Shown piece after piece: positions 37,819 to 50,300 of a stretch of 64,000 bases of DNA; within the stretch, counting starts at the first letter, position 1; every line of letters begins with the position of its first letter. The translations under genes and the position numbers were made by a program. The stretch is from the NCBI GenBank assembly GCA_002633005.1, contig NMRA01000144.1, positions 124,001 to 188,000 of the forward strand, read 5' to 3'. Source of the stretch: Phoronis australis. Taxonomy: Eukaryota > Animalia > Phoronida. The notes under the pieces are model-generated. The model saw only the letters and a list, made by a program, of their open reading frames with translations, did not search any database and was not told the DNA's origin.

Positions 37819-37829
37819 TTGCCCAACTG

Positions 37830-38760
37830 GATGACTGAAAACATTCATCATAAAATGACGCAGTAATGCCACCACAGAGTATAAGCTGACGACGCACACA
37901 GTGAGACACGAAAACTTGCTCCCGAAGTACAGTCAATATTATCCCCACTAAATCTTTTTGCACCGTCTCTCTTGAAAACCGTTGTTGAAGTGGAATCTTC
38001 ATTCATGTTCATCTTTTACGTCTTCATTATCTCTGTAACTTGTTTACGTGGTCCCTCTTTTACACTTACTGACCTGTCCTCAACTCTATGACGTAGCAGG
38101 TTAAATAAGCATCTCCAAGCTGACCGACATCACGGTTGTACTGTAGGGACGTTTCTCCTATTCTTCCTACGACATCCGTGACCTTCCAGTGTTTGCACAG
38201 GTGTTGACATACTGTTCACGCACCAAGAGGCCTGTCAACTCAACAAAATCTTTCCCGACTGCTGCCCTCCCTGTCTTCCTGTCCTGGTAGCTCTGTAACC
38301 TACATGTGGCATTGAACTGTTAAGCCATATCACCTAGCTCAGTCGTTGTTTCCATAACTTCTTTCGTAAAGCTCTTAGGTCTTCTTATGATGTCTCAGTA
38401 AGGCCTTCTTCATAGAGTTTTTACCATCACATCAGCCGTGGTCATGCTGGTATAACCACGTAGGCCAACTGCCTATTCCCTATTGCTACAAACCTTACAC
38501 TGGGTAATTCTTTTAAACGTCTCCAGGAAGTTGTCGATGTCGTTCTGCTTTTCGTCAAATGCTGGAAGCTTCGATTTAACAACACTAGACGTCCTTGCAG
38601 CCTGGCCAACTTCCATTGATACCATGCCCCTCTCATGTTCTGTTCTTCCTGCGCTTCGTTTGCAGCTCAGCCTTGTGGGCTTACCTTCTTACCTCAGCGT
38701 TTTTTGTCTTCTGTGGCACGGACTTCAACTTGCTACACGGTCCCTGATCCTTCTATACTG
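37830..38760 (-). pseudogene. Degenerate Gypsy (Gmr1-like) gag fragment
   Basis: Minus-strand translation KSKLPAFDEKQNDIDNFLETFKR..MKKALLRH..GQLGDAYL with many stops and frameshifts, resembling SCAN-related gag capsid sequences. Confidence 0.55.
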
Positions 38761-39641
38761 GGGCCGAATCGGCCCCCTTCCCTTCAAAAATATTTTAAAA
38801 CTCGAAATCCCCCTGACCAATTAAAAAATTTTCCCTCTAAACGATCACAAATTCCCCTCGTTTTATGTATACCCTTGTCATAAAAAGCAATGCAATAAAT
38901 AAACTCCGCAAAAATCCCCCTCTTCCCAGTCTAAGTAGAAAAACGGTGCGAAAATTACCCTCCTAGTAAAAAACGCCATAAAATTCCCATTTAAAAAGTA
39001 CATGCAACTTTCCTTTCAGATGAGTGGGGCCATGTGCTACTTTTTTGAAGACTGTTTAGGGTCTTACCCGTATACACCTATTTCTTGCAAGAGCGCCATC
39101 AGCTCTGGATATTAGCTGTCATTAGGTAACCAAAGTTAAGACGCCAATTACCACAGTCCAATCAATCACATTTTTAGCGTCAATTGGTTCCTGCAATTTT
39201 CACCAAATGGCTCACTTTCACGGCAGATGGAGGAGCGAAGGTAGTCACTGACCGATGCTAACAGTTTTTGGTGCGATGATAAGAACAAGTTCAGTTCGAG
39301 TTAGACAGATTACTAATCTCGACTGAACTTACTTCAGTCCAGTCATACACAAGACAATGTATTGCTGCGAAGCCTTGACTCGTGCAAAACTCTTGTGTCA
39401 CTTTCAGAACATGCCTTGGTGTATTACTAAAGTACCTTGCTGACTACTAATACTTGTTTACACATATAGCTGAGTCTTATTTTGAGTGACTGGTTTGTTA
39501 ACTGACTCCCAACTAACTCGTGCCTGGATATTTGTAGTCTGTGACAGTGTTCTGCAACTTAATCACAATCTAGACCTCTCCGTAGTCTAACCAATTGCTA
39601 CATCTACGTGTAACTGGCTTTTACAATGTTCCAAACCATTG

Positions 39642-39644
<3 letters not shown>

Positions 39645-39684
<40 letters not shown>
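39645..39684. repeat. (TG)20 microsatellite
   Basis: Directly visible. Confidence 0.97.
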
Positions 39685-39687
<3 letters not shown>

Positions 39688-40124
39688 ACATACACATGTA
39701 CGTATACATTGGGAATTTCCGGAAATAGGCCCACTCAAAATACACCCATTCGTAAAGTTTCGGAAAATTTCCAAAAATATTCCCACTGTTGGTGTACTCT
39801 TGACAGTCTGGAATAGCATGAAAATGTACATGTAGCTTTACAGGTGCTAGACAATGCCTTTGTAACTTTATTATTGCTGCCGAGGTGGCATTTAGCAAGC
39901 AATAGTGTACTATGAGGTGAGATTGAGAGTTCGCTTAAATTTAAGCTCTGTGCTTTTGTAAACAACAACGAGGGAATAATGTCTTTTGTGATTAAATGTC
40001 ACTGTGATATTAATATCTCCTATATTATTTCGAGACATCCATGTCCCTAAAATCTAACTGCGTTGACAAGCCAGTTTTAAAAGATCGTTTCAGGGAATTA
40101 TTTGGTAAAGAGTAAAATTCAGTA

Positions 40125-41112
40125 ATGGGTAAGTGCGTACTTTCTCTTAGGGGCAGTGGGCATTTAACTCAACCCGTTTAGTGTGATATCTTTTGATTTA
40201 CAGAGAGCAGACGTCCACTTACCACAACAAAGAGGGCGCCACCTGCTCCGCCAGTCACTCACACAGTACTGGTAATAGGGGTATCTGCTGGGCTACTTGT
40301 AGTTTGCGCTGTGGCTGTTTGGCTGTGTGTTTGTATCAGAAACAAAACAAGGAACCAAGTGCATGAATGGAGGTAGGTAAAAAGCAGGGGAATTCTGGCG
40401 GCAATGTGGTGCTTACTAATGACTCGGCAACTCGATTTATGTAATAATTTCGGGGGATTTCAAGGTGCCAAAATAACTGTTGCATTTTTTGATTAGAAGG
40501 TTGAAGTTCTACTTTTTCTCACGCACTGCTTCAGCATCAACATCATAACCCTCGTTTGGATTTGGTCAGCAACAGCGATAACAGAGAGCAGTTAGAAGTG
40601 GACCAAACTTGAATGGGGTGATGGTTTGCCCTTTGACAAATGACGGGTCTTTACCTTTTTATTTGTTGATGGCATGACTGATCTGTTTTTGGAGGCACCG
40701 GGATTTTTTATACTAATGTAGTGTGGCACCTGAAATAGAAGTTACGTGACGAAGTAACCCAACATGCACTTTGTACTCAAACAGTAAATAAAGTAACTCG
40801 AGTAGTTTTAGCCATTGCTTTCCCATCCTAAGGTGTTCTGACAAAAATTTATAGATCAACGTCGACGCGCAACTGGTCATTGTGTCTTTTCTCTCAAAAG
40901 TGCTGTCAGGGATCGTTCTAATGAGATTAATTCGATTTCCAGAATTCCGATGAATGAAAAGAGTGACAATTATTTTCTTATACCATTCCAGAACCCCTAC
41001 AACGAATGTACCAAAAGATCCTGCGATGACGTATGTAAATCAAGCGTATCATGTTAACACCAATGGACATGCGATCCCAATTCACAATTTGCCTGTAGTA
41101 AATATTCCTTAA
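40125..41112 (+). CDS. 97-aa single-pass membrane microprotein; coding exons 40125-40128, 40204-40372, 40992-41112
   Basis: GTAATGG|GTAAGT start with an upstream in-frame stop, TTTACAG acceptor (phase 1), AG|GTAGGT donor and TTCCAG acceptor (phase 2). Product MESRRPLTTTKRAPPAPPVTHT-VLVIGVSAGLLVVCAVAVWLCVCI-RNKTRNQVHEWRTPTTNVPKDPAMTYVNQAYHVNTNGHAIPIHNLPVVNIP. Confidence 0.65.
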
Positions 41113-42246
41113 CTGCAGCCCATAGTGGTTATGCCCTTGTAAGATTCAATGAGGGTGCTGAAACGTCAATGCCACAAGGTGATGGAAAATGCTTTTGATG
41201 TAAACAACAGAAACAGATAGAATTTCAGCACCCATCTTGTAGAAAATAGTCCCATAAACATTTGGTGATCAAATTGCATATGATCAAGTGTTTTTCTTCA
41301 TTCAGACAACTGTAAGTTGATTAAACAATCCTTGAAACTAAGGTTGGTGATTCTATTTGCATTGGTTTTGTCTTATATCTCAATAAATGATTTGATTGTC
41401 TACCTGAGACACAAATTATTACTTTCTGGTCTGCGCTTGAATCGTTTGAAAAATACGTTAATGATATATGATTATGAATTCCATTGCTTACTATCTCATG
41501 ATAATTTTCCTATCGTTACGTTGCTGGCATTGCATGTTGTCAAACGTGTTCGGCATGTATGTTTNCATTGTGTCTTTTCTCTCAAAAGTGCTGTCAGGGA
41601 TCGTTCTAATGAGATTAATTCGATTTCCAGAATTCCGATGAATGAAAAGAGTGACAATTATTTTCTTATACCATTCCAGAACCCCTACAACGAATGTACC
41701 AAAAGATCCTGCGATGACGTATGTAAATCAAGCGTATCATGTTAACACCAATGGACATGCGATCCCAATTCACAATTTGCCTGTAGTAAAAATTCCTTAA
41801 CTGCAGCCCATAGTGGTTATGTAAGATTCAATGAGGGTGCTGAAACGTCAATGCCACAAGGTGATGGAAAATGCTTTTGATGTAAACAACAGAAACAGAT
41901 AGAATTTCAGCACCCATCTTGTAGAAAATAGTCCCATGAACATTTGGTGATCAAATTGCGTATGATCAAGTGTTTTTCTTCATTCAGACAACTGTAAGTT
42001 GATTAAACAATCCTTGAAACTAAGGTTGGTGTTTCTATTTGCATTGGTTTTGTCTTATATCTCAATAAATGATTTGATTGTCGACCTGAGACACAAATTA
42101 TTACTTTCTGGTCTGCGCTTGAATCGTTTGAAAAATACGTTAATGATATATGATTATCAATTCCATTGTTTACTATCTCATGATAATTTTCCTATCGTTA
42201 CGTTGCTGGCATTGCATGTTGTCAAACGTGTTCGGCATGTATGTTT
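40878..42246 (+). repeat. Near-identical tandem duplication (40878-41564 and 41566-42246) joined at an N; probable assembly or haplotype artefact
   Basis: The copies differ by a few SNPs and one 6-bp indel and abut exactly at the N at 41565. Confidence 0.9.
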
Positions 42247-44324
42247 TAGGGGTTTAAATTCAACGTTTTGTGATTACACTAGATGTGTTATGTGAAAAAT
42301 ATAGGCAACGTCTGCTACCTTGTCGTATTTCTGAAAGGCATACGCAAGATTTTGCGCCACGTTGTTGCCGCCGTCACAACCTTCGGCAAGGGATGCCATA
42401 GCACAATAAATGGACAGCCCGGGCGATGAGTCCCTGAATTATTAATAACATAACCGATGAAAAACTTCAATTCGAGGTCCTACATTACCACGTTCCAGAA
42501 CTTCCACCTCTACAGTTGTTTTGTTGACCATGTAGATAACACCGTAAAGCGGAAACATTTAACTTAGTTTATACCGGTGATTTCAAAAAATCCAAATCAC
42601 AACTATGTCTGAAAAAATACCCAGCGTAGTAGCAAGTTGCTACCAGTCTGTGAAATAAGTTTGTGAACGGCAAAATCCCCAATCCAGGACTAAAACGGGA
42701 TCGCCGTAATTTTCTTCATTGCACGCCATTTCCTAAACTTGTGCGATATCTCTCGGGAAATGATTGCAGCTTCCCAGCAGCAAATTTTGTTCTGAAATTA
42801 GGTTTAGTGGTATTAAAATACTAAAAACTTGTAATGAAATAATATCATTTCCGGTAATTTGTTACGACATGTACGCAACCCCGTGGAAACTCACCAATAA
42901 GTGACGCAATATTTCATGGCGCCCAAAGCCGACTTAAAAGATCGCACCACAATTTCAGCAAATTTAACTCCAATTTTCCAACACCGGTAAATATCAAATC
43001 TAGTTCAAATTTCCAGGGGCATACCGTGGTTGAGATTTTTGGGGTTTCTGGCTGGCACAACCTTAGTGTAAGTACTCTGTCGTAGTTAATTTAGTGATCA
43101 GTGGCGCGTTTTGAATCATATGGAATTAGCTTTCTGTGATACTTCGAGTGTATGAGGGAGCTAATTTTTTTTGGGGGAGGTGTTCCTTTTTAGTTTGCAG
43201 CAGACTCTTACCAGAGTGCAGTTTGTCCGTTGTAGGTCATTCGGTGTTCAGTGCGTCACACGTGTTCTTTTTAAATTTTGAACGGTATCTCGAATGTCTA
43301 ATCTAATTCAAGTTTTCATTGGCATGAAGTTTTTAACACGTGTGTGGGTTTCTGGCGGGCACAACCCAGAATTCTGTCGAGGGGAATTTAGTGGTCAGTT
43401 GCATGCATTGAATTATATGGAATTGATTTTTTTTGTGGTACAGTACCTTGAATGTATTAGCTAGCTCATTTTTGGTTGTCTTTTTTGGGTTTCTGTAACT
43501 TGTCATGAGTTATTCAGTGTTCAGTGTTGCACGATTGTTGGTTTTAAATCAGTTTTTGCCGATACCTCGAATGACTAATCTAGCTCATTTTGGCCCCCGT
43601 TGTTAGGTCCCCACGGGCAACTCCCAGGGTGCAGACACCGGCAGACATCCATTTTTTACATACTGGAGTTCACTCTAAGGGCTCAGTGGTCAGATGTTGG
43701 TACCTCGTTCATCTGTGCCAAGTGCTCTGGAGCTACCGGTCTATAAAAACTTTATTTACTTGTACACTCCCTGTACACCGCTGGTAGTGCCGCAAGTTCC
43801 TTGAAAACCCCATCTCAGTCTTCGATAACAGCCACTGTTTGTGGTCCAAGATGGTGGACGATCGCAGTGTTCATGTCTTTGCACGTCTTAACTGGTTGAG
43901 ATTAAAAGCTCGATTGACGTGTCATAGCCACCAGTTTCTAAAGAAAGTTGTTTTTATAGTAAATGTTTGGAATAGTTGGAATAGTAAAATCTAACGACAT
44001 GGCACAAATAAGCGTAAGGCCATTGTCGATAAAGCACAACCACGGAAATTTTTGTATATTGTGCGTGTATGTTTATTTATTGCTTGTTTTTATAGTCAAG
44101 GGGGAAAATGTCACAGGATAAGTCAGGACAACAGACAGTGCTTGAGAGAAATTGACATTTTTCAAATACCTTTTTTCGTTCAAAGAAGCTATTTGATAAC
44201 TAAGCTAACAACAAAGGTGTTATTTTTGACAATTAAACGTTGCTTGGCACTCAGGTAGTCACATCAGTTGTCATGGAGACCTCGGCAGTTGGTCAGTCGA
44301 GTGTACTTCAACAATGTTGTTTTC

Positions 44325-47300
44325 TTACAAGCACCCCAGTACATCAGCTCTCAGGGCGATCCAACCATACCAAGTGTAAGCATAGATTCTAATGTGTTGA
44401 GCTTGGATCAAAGGCGAGATGGCGTTCACCTTGATGGTCTCAGTATCGAAGTTTCCCTGGAAGGTCTGTAACAGATGACATTATAATAGCATAATTGGCG
44501 AGGATCCAATGACCAGAATGAGCAAAATTGAACAATTAAAGTTCACGTATTTACTTCAAACAATACTTCAGAGCCTTTTCATTAAAGCACTTGGATTTTT
44601 TCAACGGACGACTATACATTTGTTAGACTGCTTAATCTACACTCGCTCGTAGTCTCTATACAATCTCCAGACGTGCATTTATGAAGCAAAACACCAACAG
44701 ACATGATAAACAAACAAGTTAAAGTGTTGCTATATTTGGAGACCACATGTTTCATCATCACGCAATAGGTTAAATGAGCGTGGTAGCCAAAAGAAGTACA
44801 ATGTACATGCGAGCCGTCGTTTTGGTTACAGCACATCGATTAAATTCCCACAAAACGCAGAAATTTCATGGGATCAACGTAGAACATCGAAACTTTAAGA
44901 GGCAGTCCATATAAAAACCAGTAGATTTTCAAAAATCAGTCTATACGTCAAAATTTAAAACAACTTCGTTTTTTGTACATGGGTAGGTATCCTAACAAAA
45001 ACACAAATGCTAAATTTTGTGCACTCAATGACCCCTAATTTCGCCGCTGGAGCATGATAACACAAATTGGCACAATTGGGCATATTAGCCGTCTCAAAAA
45101 TTGCATGTTTTCAGCAACAAAAATGAGTAACATACAAAATGGATCAAAAGCTATATTTTGGTGGCTGAAATAACCAACGTATACTGTGCATAATTCTGTG
45201 CCATTTATTAAAATCTAACAGTTTTGTGCTAGACAGGGGAGATAATCCACAGACCACTTTTTGGGGCTAATTTTAGTGGCCATTTTTGTGACCTTCTTAC
45301 TGCCATAAAACACCTTGTAGCCTTATGTGACGTTTTGAACATACAGTTAAAGAGTTAGTCTTGATGACTGAGCAATAAAAAATCTTGCCTCAACTTTGCA
45401 CTTTAGTGAAAATTGTCTTGCAAAACTGTCTATTTTCATAGTTTGGAAATGACGAGCAGAGTTTACAAACCATTTGAACAAACTTTTAGGCAAGAAGTCT
45501 GCTTTAAATAGTTATAGAAACCAAGTCTAAAGTCTTTCAAATGAAAACAAGATGTTTTCTGGGTTTATTACGCGGCTAGTATCAAAACTGAACCCGATGA
45601 CCTTTGCCCACTGAGGAAGTCAGTTGAGGTTTAAAGCTTGAGGATTTATAAAAAATGTACGTGTAATCCTCTCGTATTCTTTCATTTCTTTTACATAATC
45701 AGGTTAATTTAAACACTCTGTACAACTTTTGAATGGAAATAAATGCCTTTAAGATTAAACGAGTAAGAATTGATATTTGTAATGTCTGGTTTTGAGAGAA
45801 GCAAGTGCATTTTAAAAAGACAAAATGGCGGACGATGTCGATGGGCCTTCATGTTCCTTTAGAGTTTATTCTTCAAAAAATCACAAAAGCTGTGTGCTTT
45901 AGTGAGTCATGTCAAAGACACCACTGAACATTTGAGATACAAGAAACTACTTCACAAAGCAAGGCCTGTTCCAGAGTACGGACTCGTACTACCCAGAGTC
46001 GGTGAATTTCTGACTGAACAGGACCAGTCATGGAAGAGTCAGGTAATGCTGGATGTTACCACTCTGCTCCTCTCCTCCTGAACGTAGCACCCTTGTCAAA
46101 TTCTACCGGCATTTCTGTTTCGAGATATGACTTTAGTGAAAGTCAGAATGGAAAGGATCTCTGTGATCGCAAGATCGCTCCACTCAAACAACATGCAAAG
46201 TACTTTGTAGCCGAAAGTAATAATATCATAAACTTTCTGGATTTGAAAGAAGCACTACTTTCCAGTGGCCGTGTGAAGGGATGTTATGTGTATGCATTTT
46301 CAGTCAATGCAACAAAGTCTTTTCCAAAATACTCAGTTCCTGGTATAAGGACATTCCCAAATTCCCACTATTCCATCCAAGGAATTCACGTGTGGAAATC
46401 ATTCCATGTAGATGACGGTAAGTTCTTACAAATACTGAGAAAATGGGAAACCTATTTCTCTAAATTACACTAACATCTCTAGACATGGCGGATTTTCAAC
46501 ACCAAGACTTAAGGTTGGAATTGTATCTAGTGAAGAGCCTCAACAAAAGTTCCCTTGTACCCAGCAAGGTTACTCGAAATTTTTTGCTACAGACGCAGAA
46601 CTAGGTCGGCATTTGGATGTGGGTAACCACACTGAACACGTATGACCACATCGCACGACAGTCGTCAGAAATGCTTTTAGATGCAAGAACCCGGAGCGTC
46701 ATTTGAGGCAGCCTCAGAGTACAATGTGGATGAGACGAATGCTGAAGCAATAGGTTAGGCATTGAAAAAAGGTAAAAGGTCAACAAGATTTTCATCAAAG
46801 GTTAAGAACTTTCTGACGAACATATTCGATGAAGGAGAAAGTCAGGTAAAAACTTTCACCCTCGGAAGTGCCAAAATGCCGGGAGAAAACATTACGCCGA
46901 GAACCCACTGTGAAAGTGTAAATTTACCTGTGATGTTAAGTGAATCGCAGATTGGTGGATTTTTTCGAGGTTGTCTGCAGCAATGTTTATGACGATGCTA
47001 TTTCTGCTGAAGATGCTGTTATGTTTACTGAATGAAGTGATAAATGAGCTCAACGTTTAGCCTAGTTTTGTAGCATACCAGTCAAAGATGTGTGATATAT
47101 GAAGTCGAGACCGTTACTTCTGTTTACTTCATGTCTGTCATGAAGTAGTCATTAATAAAATTGTCTTTCGCGAATTATTTTCTATTAACTGTGAATGTGT
47201 ACCTTTTTATACCACTGATGATCACACTGGCAGAAATATTCAGCGTTAGGGTGCCCGGTGTGTGTGGGGGGAACACCAGATTTCTGTCGACTGGTGGCGA

Positions 47301-50300
47301 CTAAAATTTGTAGCAACCAGCAGGGACATTACAATATGAACCCAAAGTTACAATGACTATTGACAAGTTGAAGGATTTTTTGCACTGAACACTAGGGGCC
47401 GGGGCATATCCACCTTGGGGGGCTTCCTTTGCCTGTGGCACGAACAAGGCAGATAGAAAACAAGGCAGGGGTGAGTTCAGTAACACTAGAACCTCTCTAA
47501 AATTTATCCAAAACCACGTGTTCTCATTTAAAATACACGGCAACATCTCGCGAAGTCTTGAATTATAGCAAGGTCCTCGTGTTACTGCTCTTATTCTAGA
47601 TGCGTCTTCAGTCTCCACGTAAACAAAAGCAGCGCCATCTATCATTTAGAAGCACGCATGCCAGTTGATTTACGTACACATTTTTGTAATAAGTATTAAT
47701 CATCAATGCCGTTTTCATAGAATGGTAATTAATAATGCCGTCTGCCTTTTCTCCAAAATACAAAGTTTTTATGTCGTGTTTCGCAAGCTAATTATATGTT
47801 CCAAGAGCCCCCTATTGGCAGCAGAGGCAACTGAGAACATGCAAAAGGACGAAGTGCAGTTCGTATAATGCTTCGTACGCAAAAACTACATTAGAGGCAA
47901 GATTTTTTATTTTAGATTATAAACAGGTTAGGAATGACCTAACAAGTTATTATAAAGTCAATTTCAGGAAAGGTGCGTTATGGCTGCTACAGAGTGTCAA
48001 ATGTGGCCGAAAATGGCTTCAGTGAAAACCTGAAAAATAACCGTTTTTGCCTCACAAATTCAAAACGTATAAATTTAAAAATGGATTTTGAAAGTTATGC
48101 CATTAAATTATTCAGCCATTGCCATTTCAATTCGTATTATTCATTTGTTTTGACCGTATCATACATGCTAGTAAAATGCATTCAAACATGCCTACTTCGA
48201 CGCCCAATTTTGTTGCAAAATTGAGGTACAGGTCATAAAAAGAAAAATAATGAATGAAAATTCTTAAAAAGTGAGGTTTTTCTACTTCTTAACAAACCAA
48301 ACTCATGTGCTAAGTTTCAAAAAAATCGGTGATTTTGGGTATAGACTCTACCTGTTGGTTTTTATATGGAGTCACTCTTAAATTTTTGGTTTGCTAAGCT
48401 CTCTAAGTGTATGTCCTATCTCGAAGATAAACGTTGCTGCAGCTCCAGTTGCCCGACTGACAGGCTTAATTGGAGACGGGTCGGATTTCACACCAGCTTA
48501 GGCTGCCATCCCCTGGATCTCTGACTTCAGTTGGAGTTCTTCGTTTCGGGTTCCGCCTTCACCCTCAGCACTTTATTCTCAAGTTCTCTTTTCTCCTGTT
48601 CATAGTCGTGCAGCGCTACTTCAAGCGTTCATGAGCGGCTTCTAATTGGTCCCTCAAGTCTTCTACTTTTGACTTGGAGTACAAGGCACTGTCAATGGAT
48701 GTACCATCTTGCGAATGGACGTCGTCTTCACCTTCTTCTTCTTCTTGGACAGCAAGGGGTTTCCTGGTCATCTGGTGGCTGCTCTCCAGCTTTTCCACCG
48801 GAACGGTGATTCGTCGAAACAACTCAGCGGGCGGAAGTCTGACAACGGAACCAATTCGGTCGGCATCAACAAAGAGATACAACCAGACATCAGAGAGTGG
48901 AATGAACATAAACTCCATCTTAGGTTACACCAAGATGGTGTTGAGTGGGATATCAAGACGCCTACTGCAAGCCACCATGGTGCCAAATAAGGTCAGTCTG
49001 TATGGTTCAACTAGAGAGTAAACATTGAAGCAATATGACGAGGTACCCCAAACGCTAATTGTGAGGTGGAATTGCAGACATATAACTGTTTGTCAACTGA
49101 TCCTGTTCCATTGACGCCTAATTATGCGCTTACATTGCAGTCTGAGCAGCAATTTTCTCCAGACAAATTTGGGAAAGAAAAAAGCTATGTGAAACATCGT
49201 TTTAAACGATTCAATACCTCAGTGACATCTTTTGGTCAAGGTGGAAAAGGGAATATGTGTTGTGTCTTCAACAGAGACATAAGTGGACAAAACTGCAGAG
49301 AAATCTACAAATAGGTCATAATGTGATAGTGCTCGATAAATTACCGAGAAGTGTTTGTATTAAGAGTATCATTGTCAAGAAGGACAACAGAGGTCAACTA
49401 GGTTAACTTTGAATCTATTAGTGATTTAGTCACCCGACATAAAGCAATCCTTCCGAAACAGCCTTCTGTTGAATTCAGTCTCCATTACCCTATTATGCTA
49501 ACTACCTTCAACCCCAAAATTAAGTGCACGGCAGAATCATTTATGAGTTGCAAATCAACAACTGAGTATAAGAAACAATGAATCTACTACTGAACTTACG
49601 GTATGTAGAGATGGCTACGTTGCGTCCTCCTCTCGAGGACTTCATCAGGCCACTGAGTTGTCACCTGACTTGTCATGTGATCCGTCGTACAGTTTCCGCG
49701 GGATTCTCTTCGGCGCCCTATCCCATGTCCTAGGTAAGTGAAACCGCAGCCTCTCCTGTCTACTGAGGCTAGGATTCTCGATTCTCTCGTAGATAGCTTC
49801 TTTGACCCCTCTCCGAAACCAATTTTCTTCTCTATCCAGGATCTTCACATCTTCCATGGCGAAAGATTGGTCTGTGGAAGCCATGTGAGTAAAAACTGCT
49901 GAATCATAGCAGTCCCCATAACTGGACCTCCGATGCTGGTTGAAACGACTTTTCAGGGCTTGTTTGGTTTCCCCAATATATGCTGCTCCACACCCCGGTT
50001 CCGAGCATGAAATGCCATACACCACATTTGATGGTTTCTCTTTGCTGGTTTTGTCTTTCACATTTAACAGTTGACTCCTTATGGTGTTAACAGGTTTGAA
50101 TACAACAGCAATTTCGTGTCCCCTCATATGTGATTTGATCTGATCAGCGATCCCTGGCACAAAAGGCAATGTTACCCTGATGTCTCCCCTATTGTCAGGC
50201 TGCGTGTTCTGGGGCCTGACTCTGTCATGGTTTGCCTTGTGGAATGACCACTTCGGGTAGCCACATCTTTTCACCACTGTTCTGTTGTGTTCTAATTCAA

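Noticed and set aside
39587-39898. ORFs with HTHT or CVCV runs (also 28146-28424)
   Set aside because: Translations of TG microsatellites.
40878-42246. Apparent recent tandem duplication of a terminal exon
   Set aside because: The junction is exactly an N and the differences look allelic, so it is most likely overlapping contig ends.
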